Source: Candidatus Fervidifonticultor secundus
GTDB lineage: Bacteria > Sysuimicrobiota > Sysuimicrobiia > Sysuimicrobiales > Humicultoraceae
NCBI GenBank assembly: GCA_031459385.1
Contig: JAVKIP010000014.1
Coordinates: forward strand, 1 to 64,000
Length of the DNA: 64,000 nt
Direction: 5' to 3'
Each line of letters starts with the position of its first letter. Within the stretch, counting starts at the first letter, position 1. Positions 29,611 to 38,730 of this stretch are shown here, in pieces. The position numbers and the translations under genes are program-made. Below the pieces are notes generated by a model that saw only the letters and a program-made list of their open reading frames with translations, was not told where the DNA came from and made no database searches.

Positions 29611-29627
29611 CTGGGGGCGATGCCGGG

Positions 29628-30059
29628 CTATGGCCACGTCCCGCGCAGGCCCCGGAGGAAGATGCGCGCGGTGACCGGGCCGACGCCTTTGAACTGTTGC
29701 AGGCGGCGCGCCAGGTCGCGCTCGCTGGTGGCCTGCGCCAGCAGGCCGGTCACGCTCCCGTACTGGGCTTCGAGCGCCGCGCACACCTCCAGCAGCTTGG
29801 TGGCGGTGGAGAAGTCGTAGCGCACGTAGTGCCCGCGGTCCAGCGCCGCCACCAGCCTGTCCCAGCCAGCGGCGAGGATCGCCTCGGGACTGGTCAGTCC
29901 CTCCCGCACGAACTCCTCATACGCGCGTCGGGCGACGGTCTGCTGAATGGGCTTGCCGAAGAGCAGGCAGGCCAGGAACCACTTGAACCGTTCTTCTTCC
30001 CGCCGGGACGCCAGATCGATACCCAAGTCGGTGGCCGAGATGCGCCGGCGGCCGGCCAT
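29628..30059 (-). CDS. Small helix-hairpin-helix (HhH-GPD-like) DNA-binding or repair protein
   Basis: FKWFLACLLFGKPI, YVRYD, FKGVGPVTARIFLR HhH motif. Confidence 0.7.
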   Translation of the reverse strand: MAGRRRISATDLGIDLASRREEERFKWFLACLLFGKPIQQTVARRAYEEFVREGLTSPEAILAAGWDRLVAALDRGHYVRYDFSTATKLLEVCAALEAQYGSVTGLLAQATSERDLARRLQQFKGVGPVTARIFLRGLRGTWP

Positions 30060-30068
30060 GGGAGGGGG

Positions 30069-30284
30069 TCAGGTGGGTTGCGGTGGCGTTGGCGGGACCC
30101 CGGAGATCTCCATGCGGGTCAGCGCCGGAACGCGTCGTTCACCGTCAGGACGGGGACAGAGGTGATAGACTGCGACGATCTCGCCGACAGCGGGCGTCAC
30201 CAGGGCCTCGGCACCGCAGGCGGGACACCTGGCAACCACTGGTGCCGGCCGGGTCTTCGTCGTCTCCTGGGTCGTGACCACCAC
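30069..30284 (-). CDS. Small hypothetical protein, possible Zn-ribbon
   Basis: CPAC...HLC; GGGAGG RBS; TATAAT at 30323-30328 (minus). Confidence 0.55.
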   Translation of the reverse strand: MVVTTQETTKTRPAPVVARCPACGAEALVTPAVGEIVAVYHLCPRPDGERRVPALTRMEISGVPPTPPQPT

Positions 30285-30363
30285 GTGCCTCCCTGGCGTC
30301 CACCGGCCCGCCTCTTGAAACCATTATACCTCCACCGTCATCTCGTCCGGTGTGCGACCGCCC

Positions 30364-30843
30364 TCAGTGCCGGGGCCCTGTCTCGGCTGCGGGCTCGCGC
30401 ATCGCCCGCAGCACCGCCATCAGCAGCTGCAGCAGGCCGGCGACCTCGGGGCTACGCATCAGGGCCAGCACCTCCCGCAGGCGTAGCGGCTCGCGACGGG
30501 CGACGGCCTGCGGGTAGGCGGCGTTGACGGCCGCGGGTACCTTCATCGCCGCCGTGAAGAACGGCCCGTAGGCGATCTGCCCTACCGCTCCCAGCAGCAT
30601 CATCAGGTTGGCCACCATGGTCATCAGTTCGGGGCGCGTCGAAGCGCTGAACGCCTCGTCGAACTCCTCCAGCACCGCCTCACCCGCCGCCAGCAGACCT
30701 GAGTCCGCCAGCCGCCCGACCACCCGCACGGCCTGCTCGATGGCGCCGGCGCGGCGGGCCACCTCGCGCAGCACGCGCTCCAGCGCCTGGCGGTCCTCCG
30801 CACTGAGACCGGTCAGTACAGGGAGAGCCTGTGCGTCGGACAT
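30364..30843 (-). CDS. DUF1641-like helical protein
   Basis: LADSGLL..., LRLREVLALMRSPEV C-terminal signature; follows the SQR-like gene; GAGGG RBS. Confidence 0.7.
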   Translation of the reverse strand: MSDAQALPVLTGLSAEDRQALERVLREVARRAGAIEQAVRVVGRLADSGLLAAGEAVLEEFDEAFSASTRPELMTMVANLMMLLGAVGQIAYGPFFTAAMKVPAAVNAAYPQAVARREPLRLREVLALMRSPEVAGLLQLLMAVLRAMREPAAETGPRH

Positions 30844-30857
30844 CTGGGGTTCCCTCC

Positions 30858-32012
30858 TCACGCGCCGAAGAGATGCGCAAACCAGAAGCGCTCGAACCCG
30901 GTCTTGACGGCCCGGAACAGGCGCATCCCGCCCAGCAGGCGACAGTCCGGGTACGGTGCCCGACCGTAGAGCTTCTCGGTGAAGTCGCACCACACGGCCG
31001 CGCCCATGTAGCCCGTATCCATGACGCAGACACCGACCATGTTGTAGAGCTCGCCGACGAAGACGCCGCGGATGCGGTCAAGGATCTGCGTGACGACGTG
31101 GTCGGCCTGCAGGTGCGCGAACACCCCGGCCATGCCCAGGCCGATGGTCGGGGCCACCACGTCGCCGACCCCATAGACCTCCGGGTAGCGGGGGGAGACC
31201 ATCGACGGCAGGCTGACGTCCATGTACCCGTCGGCGGTGGCCAGCGGCGAGGTGCGCACCGGGGGCGGGGCGTCATGGGGCGGGACGATGATCGCCAGAT
31301 CATACTCCAGCGTACGGCCGTCGGCGGCCCGCAGCACCCGGCGGTCGCGGTCATGTGCCGCCAGGACGAACCCGCCTTCGAACCCCACGCGGAACTGTCG
31401 CATGAACTGCGTGAAGCCGTCCACCATGAGCAGGCCGAACGTCTCCATGGGCCGCTGCCAGGGGTGGAAGACGGTGATCTCCGTCCGGTCGGACAAGTGG
31501 CGCTGGTCGGCCAGGTACCGGAGCATGAACGCCATCTCGAACGGCGCGGGGGGACAGCGGTACGGCCAGGCCACCGGCCCCACCACCACCCGCCCGCCGG
31601 CAAACGCCCCCAGGCGCCGATGCAGGGCGACCGCGTGGCCCAGCTCCCACGGCGCCTCCAGGCCCTGCAGCGTCGGGTCGTCCCGCAACACCGCGCCCAG
31701 GGCCACGATGAGGAAGTCGTAGTCGATCGGCCCCTGATCGGTCCGGACCCGACGGGCCTCGGGCTCGATGGCGTCCACCGTGGCCTGGAGGACCCGGGTC
31801 CCGTAGCGGTCGGCGAGCAGACGCAGCGGCCGGCGCACCTCGTCGGGCTGACGTCGGCCGGTCATCACCCAGAGGTAGCTGGGACGGTATTCGTGCCAGG
31901 AGCTGCGGTCGATCAGCGCCACCTCGACCTCCCCTGGCCGGGCCCACTGTGCGAAGCGGCGAGCGGCGATGACCCCACCGCTCCCCCCGCCGAGGATCAC
32001 GACACGGTGCAT
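30858..32012 (-). CDS. Sulfide:quinone oxidoreductase / FCSD-family flavoprotein
   Basis: GGGSGG, YRCPPAPFE, IVPPH, GVGD, VCVMDTG. Confidence 0.82.
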   Translation of the reverse strand: MHRVVILGGGSGGVIAARRFAQWARPGEVEVALIDRSSWHEYRPSYLWVMTGRRQPDEVRRPLRLLADRYGTRVLQATVDAIEPEARRVRTDQGPIDYDFLIVALGAVLRDDPTLQGLEAPWELGHAVALHRRLGAFAGGRVVVGPVAWPYRCPPAPFEMAFMLRYLADQRHLSDRTEITVFHPWQRPMETFGLLMVDGFTQFMRQFRVGFEGGFVLAAHDRDRRVLRAADGRTLEYDLAIIVPPHDAPPPVRTSPLATADGYMDVSLPSMVSPRYPEVYGVGDVVAPTIGLGMAGVFAHLQADHVVTQILDRIRGVFVGELYNMVGVCVMDTGYMGAAVWCDFTEKLYGRAPYPDCRLLGGMRLFRAVKTGFERFWFAHLFGA

Positions 32013-32087
32013 GGCAGCCTCCTCTCCGCGGACCTGGCCGCAGGCGATCCCGTGTCACACGCTGCCGGCGTCCGCGCTCACGGCGTC

Positions 32088-32291
32088 CTACGCGTCTTTG
32101 CGCGTGGAGATCCCGAACGGGACATATAGCGGACACCGGCCCGCCAGGCTCGTGGCAAGGAAGACGACGGCCACCGCGCCCAGCACGGCGGCGGCTGTGC
32201 CGCTGATCCGGCCGGTGGCGTACAGGTACGCGATCACCACCGCTACGAGGACACGGACCACACGGTCGGCGGTTCCCATATTCGGCTTCAC
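32088..32291 (-). CDS. DUF2892 (YgaP-like) membrane protein
   Basis: NMGTADRVVR, 2 TM, GRCPLY..FGIST. Confidence 0.9.
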   Translation of the reverse strand: MKPNMGTADRVVRVLVAVVIAYLYATGRISGTAAAVLGAVAVVFLATSLAGRCPLYVPFGISTRKDA

Positions 32292-32463
32292 CGTCGCTCA
32301 CCTCTCCTGCTGACGGTTACCACACATCGCTCGCATCACCCGAATCGGCACGACGTCCTTACCGGATCCCTTGTGCTACCCCGCTGGCGTGCATATGCAC
32401 CTCGGAGCACCCGTTCCTCCTGCCCCGTTGCCGCTCCGCGCCGCCCTGCCCCCCCCGGGGTGG

Positions 32464-33126
32464 TCAGACGTCGGCGCCCAGCAGTCCCCGCCGCAGCGCG
32501 TAGCGCACCAGCTCGGCGCGCGTGCGCAGCTCCAGCTTCTCGAGGATGCGCGCGCGGTAGGTCTCGACGCTCTTGGGGCTCAGGTAGAGCCGTTTGGCGA
32601 TCTCGCGCGCCGTGTAGCCTGCGGCGACCAGCTTCAGGACCTCGCGTTCCCGCTCGGAGAGCCGGTCGTAGCCGTCCTGTTCCTCCCCGACCTGCACACG
32701 CGCCACGAAGTCCTCCAGCAGGGCGCGCGTGGCAGTGGGGTGGAGGTAGGCGCCCCCTGCCGCCACGGTGCGGATGGCGGCGATGAGCTCAACGTCGGCC
32801 GCGGTCTTGTTGACGTATCCCGCGGCACCGGCCTTCAGCACGGGGAACAGGTAGCGCTCCTGGGCGTGCACGGTGAGGATCAGGACGTGGGTGTTGACGC
32901 CGAGGTCGCGGATCTGTCGCGTCGCCTCCAGGCCGTCCATCTCCGGCATGCCGATGTCCATCACCACCACGTCCGGGCGCACCTGGGCGGCCATCGCCAC
33001 GGCCTCGCGGCCCGTGGAGGCTTCGCCGACTACCGCCATGTCGGGTTCGTGCTCGAGCAGTGCCCGCAGTCCGGCGCGCAGCACCGGGTGGTCGTCGGCC
33101 AGCAGCACCCGAATCCGGTCAGTCAC
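32464..33126 (-). CDS. NarL/NreC-family response regulator
   Basis: LADDH, VMDIGMP, GYVNK, LSEREREVL..SPKSVETYRARILEKL LuxR HTH. Confidence 0.95.
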   Translation of the reverse strand: MTDRIRVLLADDHPVLRAGLRALLEHEPDMAVVGEASTGREAVAMAAQVRPDVVVMDIGMPEMDGLEATRQIRDLGVNTHVLILTVHAQERYLFPVLKAGAAGYVNKTAADVELIAAIRTVAAGGAYLHPTATRALLEDFVARVQVGEEQDGYDRLSEREREVLKLVAAGYTAREIAKRLYLSPKSVETYRARILEKLELRTRAELVRYALRRGLLGADV

Positions 33127-34216
33127 GGCCGGTGCCTCCTGCGCCACCGTCGTGCACCGGGGCCCAGGCCGTGATGGTGGTGCCGGTGCCCGGCGCCGAG
33201 CGCACCTCGAGGCGTCCCCCGACCAGCGCGATGCGCTCGGCCATCCCGGCCAGCCCCAGCCCGCCGGCGTTCCCGTTGCCCGCGGCTGGCGTCGCGGGCA
33301 GCCCCCGCGTGGGCCCGGCGCGGGCTGGATCGAAGCCGATGCCGTCGTCGGAGACTTCCAGGGACACGCCGTCCGGCCCGCGGCGCAGACATACGTCGGC
33401 CCGCGTCGCCTGGCCGTGGCGGCGTGCGTTGGTCAGGGCCTCCTGGGCGATGCGGTAGAGCGCCAGCTCGATCTCTGCCGGCAGCCGCCGGTCGAGGCCC
33501 GTCGCCGCCACCGTGACGCGCATGCCGCCGGCAGCGTTGATCTCGTCCGCGTGAGCCGCCAGCGCCGCGGCCAGCCCCAGGTCGTCTAGCACCGACGGGC
33601 GCAGCTCCACCGCGATGCGGCGCACGTCGTCCAGCGCGCGGGCGGTCAGCGCGCGCAGCTCGCGCACCCGCGCCCGGACCTGCGCTGGCTCACTCGCCTG
33701 GTCCAGCAGCCGCAGCCGCACCAGGAGCGAGGTGAGCGCCTGCGCCGCCTCGTCGTGCAGCTCGCGTGCGATGCGCCGTCGCTCCTCTTCCTGCGCGCGG
33801 AGGATCTGCCCCGGCAGGCGGCGGAGCTGCTCGGTGTGCTCGTCCAATGCGGCCACCATGTGGTCGAAGGTATCGGCCAGGTGTTCCAGGCGCTCGTCCC
33901 ACAGGCCGTCGCGCGCGACGCGCACCCCGGTGGCGCCGGCGCGCACCGCGTCCACCGCGCGCTGCAGGTGCTCGAGCGGGCGCAACACCGCCCGCAGCAC
34001 CAGGAAGTTGGCCAGGACGCTGGCCGCCACGCCGGCCAAGAGGAAGCCAGCGATCAGCTCGTAGTGCGGCGACGACGGGTGGGTGGCGCCGTGCCGCACC
34101 GCAACCAGGGTGCCGCCGACGGCGCCGATCACGATGATGGCGGCATTGGCGCCCAGGATCCTGTGCAGAATGGGCACGCGCCGCCACAGCCCGGGCCACC
34201 AGCCCGTCCGCCTCAC
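33119..34216 (-). CDS. HisKA_3 sensor kinase (2 TM + HAMP)
   Basis: EERRRIARELHDE, QEALTNARRH, DDGIGF, GLGLAGMAER; start approximate. Confidence 0.93.
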   Translation of the reverse strand: MRRTGWWPGLWRRVPILHRILGANAAIIVIGAVGGTLVAVRHGATHPSSPHYELIAGFLLAGVAASVLANFLVLRAVLRPLEHLQRAVDAVRAGATGVRVARDGLWDERLEHLADTFDHMVAALDEHTEQLRRLPGQILRAQEEERRRIARELHDEAAQALTSLLVRLRLLDQASEPAQVRARVRELRALTARALDDVRRIAVELRPSVLDDLGLAAALAAHADEINAAGGMRVTVAATGLDRRLPAEIELALYRIAQEALTNARRHGQATRADVCLRRGPDGVSLEVSDDGIGFDPARAGPTRGLPATPAAGNGNAGGLGLAGMAERIALVGGRLEVRSAPGTGTTITAWAPVHDGGAGGTGRD

Positions 34217-34249
34217 GCGCGCGTCCCCCTGCAGGCCCACTGCCCGCGT

Positions 34250-35554
34250 CTACCCCGTGGCGGCCAGGCCGCCCGGTGCGATGCGCCGGTGCGCCTGCGC
34301 CACGAGCTGTTGCCGATAGGCCTGCAGGTCGATGGGATACCGGGCGACGCCGTCGGCGATGGCCGCCTCGGCCACGGCCGGCGCCACCCAGACCAGGACC
34401 CGCGGGTCCAGGGGCTTGGGGAGGAAGTAGTCGGGGCCGAACGTCAGGCTCGCGAGCCCGTAGGCCTCGAGCACCGACAGCGGCACGTCCTCCTTCGCCA
34501 GCGCGGCCAGCGCCCGGGCCGCGGCGATCTTCATGCGCTCGGTGATGGCTCGCGCCCGCACGTCCAGGGCGCCGCGGAAGACGAAGGGAAACGCCAGCAC
34601 GTTGTTCACCTGGTTGGGATCGTCGGACCGCCCTGTGGCCATGAGGACGTCGGGGCGCGCGGCCCGGGCCTCGGCGTACGAGATCTCCGGGTCCGGGTTG
34701 GCCATGGCGAAGATGATGGGGCGGGCCGCCATGCGCTGCACCATCTCGGGCGAGACGATTCCGCCCACCGACAGGCCGACGAAGACGTCGGCGCCGTCCA
34801 GGGCCTCGGCCAGGGTGCGCGCGCGCGTCTCCACCGCGAATCGTTGCTTGTACGGGTTCATGTTGGTGGCGCGCCCGGCGTAGACCACGCCGGTGGTGTC
34901 CACCAGCATGGTGTGCTCGCGCGGCATGCCCAGCTCGACGAAGAACGCCGCCGTGGCGATGGCGGAGGCGCCGGCGCCGCTGATGACCGCGCGGACGCCG
35001 TGGAGGGGCTTGTCGGCCAGCTCCAGGGCGTTGAGCAGCGCGGCGCCGGTGACGATGGCGGTGCCGTGCTGGTCATCGTGGAACACGGGGATGTCCAGCA
35101 GGGCGCGCAGCCGTTCCTCGATGATGAAGCAGTCGGGGGCCTTGATGTCCTCCAGGTTGATGCCGCCGAACGTGGGGGTCAGCGCCCGCACGGTGCGGAC
35201 CACGTCGTCGGGATCGGCGGCGTCGAGCTCCAGATCGAACACGTCGATGTCGGCGAAGGTCTTGAACAGCAGGGCCTTGCCTTCCATGACGGGCTTGGCT
35301 GCCAGGGGGCCGACGTTCCCTAGCCCGAGCACGGCCGTGCCGTTGCTGACCACGGCCACCAGGTTGCCCCGGGCCGTGTACCGGTACGCGGCGGCGGGGT
35401 CCAGATGGATCTCGCGGACCGCCTCGGCCACCCCGGGTGTGTACGCCAGGCTCAGGTCTCGCTGCCCGGCACAGGGCTTGGTGATGGAGATGGCCAACTT
35501 CCCCGGTCGTCCCCGGGCGTGATACTCCAGGGCTTCCTCACGGGTGATCTGCAC
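34250..35554 (-). CDS. Malic enzyme (MaeB N-terminal type, no PTA domain)
   Basis: [46 protein letters not shown]. Confidence 0.93.
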   Translation of the reverse strand: MQITREEALEYHARGRPGKLAISITKPCAGQRDLSLAYTPGVAEAVREIHLDPAAAYRYTARGNLVAVVSNGTAVLGLGNVGPLAAKPVMEGKALLFKTFADIDVFDLELDAADPDDVVRTVRALTPTFGGINLEDIKAPDCFIIEERLRALLDIPVFHDDQHGTAIVTGAALLNALELADKPLHGVRAVISGAGASAIATAAFFVELGMPREHTMLVDTTGVVYAGRATNMNPYKQRFAVETRARTLAEALDGADVFVGLSVGGIVSPEMVQRMAARPIIFAMANPDPEISYAEARAARPDVLMATGRSDDPNQVNNVLAFPFVFRGALDVRARAITERMKIAAARALAALAKEDVPLSVLEAYGLASLTFGPDYFLPKPLDPRVLVWVAPAVAEAAIADGVARYPIDLQAYRQQLVAQAHRRIAPGGLAATG

Positions 35555-35590
35555 GGATGCGCCTCCAGGGCAACAGATTGCTCCTGTTTC

Positions 35591-35720
35591 AGCGTAGCGA
35601 GGGCGCGCCCGCGCTCCATCGGGCAGGAGCCCGATTTTCCCCGGCGCCGGGACCACGGCGCGCGCCCGGCGTGGATCGGCTCGGCACCCGATGGCCGACC
35701 GCGCCCGTCCAGCCTATCGT
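35591..35720. promoter_or_regulatory. Divergent mae/usp promoters with boxes
   Basis: Perfect box ATCGGGCAGGAGCCCGAT 35618-35635 is 21 nt from TACGCT (minus); ATCGGCTCGGCACCCGAT 35675-35692 is 22 nt from TATCGT. Confidence 0.8.
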
Positions 35721-35757
35721 CAAGATGGGTGGATGCACAAAGGATGGGGTGAGACCC

Positions 35758-36270
35758 ATGATGAAGCTGCAGCGCATTCTCGTGGGCACGGATATGTCAG
35801 AGGTCTCGCCGGCGCTGTATACGCTGGCGCAGACGCTGGCCCGCCAGTCCGGTGCGCATCTCGTCGTGGCGTATATCGCCGACCCCGAGGAGTACGACGA
35901 GATCCGCCGGGAACGGCCCATGGGCATCGACGAATTCGTTGATCGCTTCCGCACCAGCATCCTGGCGGACTTCGAGGACGCCACCGGCGGCCGCAAGCAG
36001 CCCGTCCAGGTCGAGGTGCGCATGCGGCAGCGGGGCGTGGCCGAGGATCTGCTGCAGGTCGCAGCCGACGTGCAGGCCGATCTGATCGTCGTCGGCACGC
36101 ACGGCCGCACCGGCCTGCGGCGCGTCCTGCTGGGCAGCGTTGCCGAAGCGGTGGTGCGCCACGCCACCATGCCGGTGCTGGTGGTGCCGCAGGCGGCGGC
36201 GGTGCAGGCCGCGGTGCCCGCGGCGACGACCGCCGTGCCGGCGGGGACGGCGGGGAACCAGGGAGGCTAG
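35758..36270 (+). CDS. Universal stress protein
   Basis: RILVGTD, ADLIVVGTHGRTG..LLGSVAE. Confidence 0.93.
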   Translation: MMKLQRILVGTDMSEVSPALYTLAQTLARQSGAHLVVAYIADPEEYDEIRRERPMGIDEFVDRFRTSILADFEDATGGRKQPVQVEVRMRQRGVAEDLLQVAADVQADLIVVGTHGRTGLRRVLLGSVAEAVVRHATMPVLVVPQAAAVQAAVPAATTAVPAGTAGNQGG

Positions 36271-37916
36271 TCAAGCCCCCGGACGGTTCCGTCCCCGTCC
36301 AGGTCGATCTCCCATGCTCGCGGCCGTGCCGGGAGGGCGGGCATGGTCATGACGTCGCCCACCAGCACCAGGACGAACCCGGCGCCGCCTCGCACAGCGA
36401 CCTCCCGTACCGGTAGCGTGAAGCCTTCGGGCACGCCGCGGATGTGGGGCCGGTCGGTGAGGGAGTACTGTGTCTTGGCAATGCACACCGGCAGGCGGCC
36501 GAATCCTCGGCGCTCGGCGTCCTCCAGCTGTCGCGCGGCTGTCTCCGCGAAGGCCACGCCTGCGGCACCGTAGATCTGCCGGGCCACGGCCTCGACCTTC
36601 GCGCGCAGCGGGGTGTCGGGACCGTAGAGCCGGCCGCCCTCCGGCAGCGGGCCGCGCGCCGCCGCCTCCTGCACCAGGCGCGCCAGGTCTTCGGCCCCGG
36701 CCCCGCCGGTGTGGTACGCGTCACAGACGGCCGCCGGGACACCCTGCGCCCTGGCGGCGGCCAGGATGGCGTCGATCTCCCCGGCGGTGTCGGAGGCAAA
36801 CCGGTTGACGCACACGACCGGGCGCATCCCGAGCCGCTGCACGATCTGCACGTGGTGGCGCAGCTGCGGCAGGCCGGCCGTCACCGCCTCGAGGTCGGGA
36901 ACGCTCAGGCGATCCGCCGCGGCGCCGCCGTGGTGTCGCAGCGCCCGGACGGTGACCACTACCACCGCAGCTGCGGGCTGCGGGCCGCCACAGGCGCCGA
37001 CGACGTTTGCGAACTTCTCCGCCCCCAGATCGGCGCCGAAGCCCGCCTCGACCACGGCGAACTCCGCGAGGGCACGCGCCAGGCGCAGCGAGAGGAGCGA
37101 GCTCGTGCCGTGGGCGATGTTCCCGAAGGGGCCGGCGTGGACCAGGGCGGGCCCGCCCTCCTGCGTTTGCACCAGGTTGGGCTGCAGCGCATCGCGCAGC
37201 AGGACGGCCATGGCGCCGGCGGCGCGCAGATCGTCGGCGGTGACTGGCGTTCCGTCCCGGGTCGTCCCCACGATGATGCGGCCCAGCCGCCGGCGCAGGT
37301 CGGCGTAGTCAGCGGCCAGCGCCAGCACGGCCATTACCTCGGAGGCGGCCGTAATGTCGAAGTGCTCCTCCCGCACTACGCCGCCCAGCCCGACCACGGC
37401 GTGGCGCAGGGCCCGGTCGTTCACGTCGAGCACGCGGCGGTGCGTCACCTGCCGGGGGTCCAGCAGCGGGTCGCGCCTGCGGTGGAGGTGATCGTCGAGC
37501 ATGGCGGCCAGCAGGTTGTTGGCCGCGGTGACGGCGTGGAAGTCGCCGGTGAAGTGCAGGTTGATCGCGACGGCCGGCTCCACCGTGCATCGGCCGCCCC
37601 CGGTGGCGCCGCCCTTCATGCCGAAGACCGGACCCAGGGAGGGCTGCCGGAGACACAGCACGGTGCGCGCGCCCAGACGCCGCAGGCCCTGGGCCAGCCC
37701 GATGGCCGTCACGGTCTTGCCCTCGCCCGGCGGGGTCGGGGTGATCGCCGTGACCAGCACGACGTGGCCCCCGGGGCGGCTTGTGCGCCGCGCCAGGGCC
37801 TCCAGACGCACCTTGGCCGCGTGGAGGCCGTACGGGACGATCTCCGCCGGCTCGAGGCCAGCCTCGGCCGCGACTTCTGCGATCGGGCGCAGGACCCGCG
37901 GTAGTGTGGTGGACAC
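36267..37916 (-). CDS. fhs: Formate--tetrahydrofolate ligase
   Basis: TPTPPGEGKT, PSLGPVFGMKGGATGGG, INLHFTGDFHA, EAGFGADLGAEKF, AKTQYS. Confidence 0.97.
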   Translation of the reverse strand: MSTTLPRVLRPIAEVAAEAGLEPAEIVPYGLHAAKVRLEALARRTSRPGGHVVLVTAITPTPPGEGKTVTAIGLAQGLRRLGARTVLCLRQPSLGPVFGMKGGATGGGRCTVEPAVAINLHFTGDFHAVTAANNLLAAMLDDHLHRRRDPLLDPRQVTHRRVLDVNDRALRHAVVGLGGVVREEHFDITAASEVMAVLALAADYADLRRRLGRIIVGTTRDGTPVTADDLRAAGAMAVLLRDALQPNLVQTQEGGPALVHAGPFGNIAHGTSSLLSLRLARALAEFAVVEAGFGADLGAEKFANVVGACGGPQPAAAVVVVTVRALRHHGGAAADRLSVPDLEAVTAGLPQLRHHVQIVQRLGMRPVVCVNRFASDTAGEIDAILAAARAQGVPAAVCDAYHTGGAGAEDLARLVQEAAARGPLPEGGRLYGPDTPLRAKVEAVARQIYGAAGVAFAETAARQLEDAERRGFGRLPVCIAKTQYSLTDRPHIRGVPEGFTLPVREVAVRGGAGFVLVLVGDVMTMPALPARPRAWEIDLDGDGTVRGLD

Positions 37917-38048
37917 CAGAGGCCCTCCTTCCGGTCGGCGCGCGTACCGGCGCCCTGTCGTGCGTGCGACGACTGCCCTCCGCCGCGCTCCGACGTCGGC
38001 TGGCCGGGCCCGCGCCGACTGGTGCGCCGTCAGGACCGCGTCGCGTTC

Positions 38049-38122
38049 AGGGTACGGAGCGCCCGCCCGTGGCGCCATCGGGCGCGAGCCCGATTGGACA
38101 CCGTCGGGGCCCGTGGCATGCT
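38049..38122. promoter_or_regulatory. Single perfect box centred between two divergent -10 elements
   Basis: ATCGGGCGCGAGCCCGAT 38077-38094, 22 nt from TACCCT (minus, 38049-38054) and 22 nt from CATGCT (plus, 38117-38122). Confidence 0.8.
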
Positions 38123-38160
38123 GGAGCCGACGAGCTCATCGTCCGGGAGGAGGGACGGGC

Positions 38161-38655
38161 ATGCAGTGCCGGGAGCGTCTCGAACGGATGCTCGTCGAAG
38201 CGGGAGTGCCGTTCCGGGTGCAGCCGCACCCCCTGGCCTACACGGCGCAAGAGGTGGCCGCCGCCACAGGCATGAGCGGGTACGACGTCGCCAAGGTGGT
38301 CATGGCCAGGGTTGACGAGCGCCTGATCATGCTGGTCCTGCCGGCGGTCTACCGGGTGGATCTCGTGCGGCTCAAAGAGCAACTCCGCGCCGCCTCCGTC
38401 CGGTTGGCGGAGGAGAGCGAGTTCGCCTACATCTTTCCTGACTGCGAGGTGGGGGCGATGCCGCCCTTCGGGCAGCTGTATGGCGTTCCCGTCTATGTGG
38501 ACTCGACGCTGACCGTGGACCGGGAGATCATGTTCAACGCGGGCACGCACCGCGAGACCATAATCATCGCCTACCAGGACTACGCGCGCCTGGTCCAGCC
38601 GCAGGTGCTGGACTTCATCGTGCAGCCGGCGCGGACCGGGGGCCGGGCGGCCTGA
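38161..38655 (+). CDS. YbaK/EbsC-family aminoacyl-tRNA deacylase-like protein (copy 1)
   Basis: VAKVV, FPDCEVGAMPPFG, FNAGTH. Confidence 0.9.
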   Translation: MQCRERLERMLVEAGVPFRVQPHPLAYTAQEVAAATGMSGYDVAKVVMARVDERLIMLVLPAVYRVDLVRLKEQLRAASVRLAEESEFAYIFPDCEVGAMPPFGQLYGVPVYVDSTLTVDREIMFNAGTHRETIIIAYQDYARLVQPQVLDFIVQPARTGGRAA

Positions 38656-38730
38656 CCACCGAGCGGTGGTCGGTCGGCCGAGCGGGTCGCCGATCCGTCC
38701 CTCACCCTGGGCGTCGGCCTACCTTCCGCC

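Noticed and set aside
32311..32370. Box upstream of the DUF2892-SQR unit
   Set aside because: Only poor half-sites (ATCGGCA at 32344) and no clear -10 at the right spacing; not counted
37917..38045. THF or ZTP riboswitch in the ~125-nt fhs leader
   Set aside because: No recognisable consensus; only generic GC-rich hairpins
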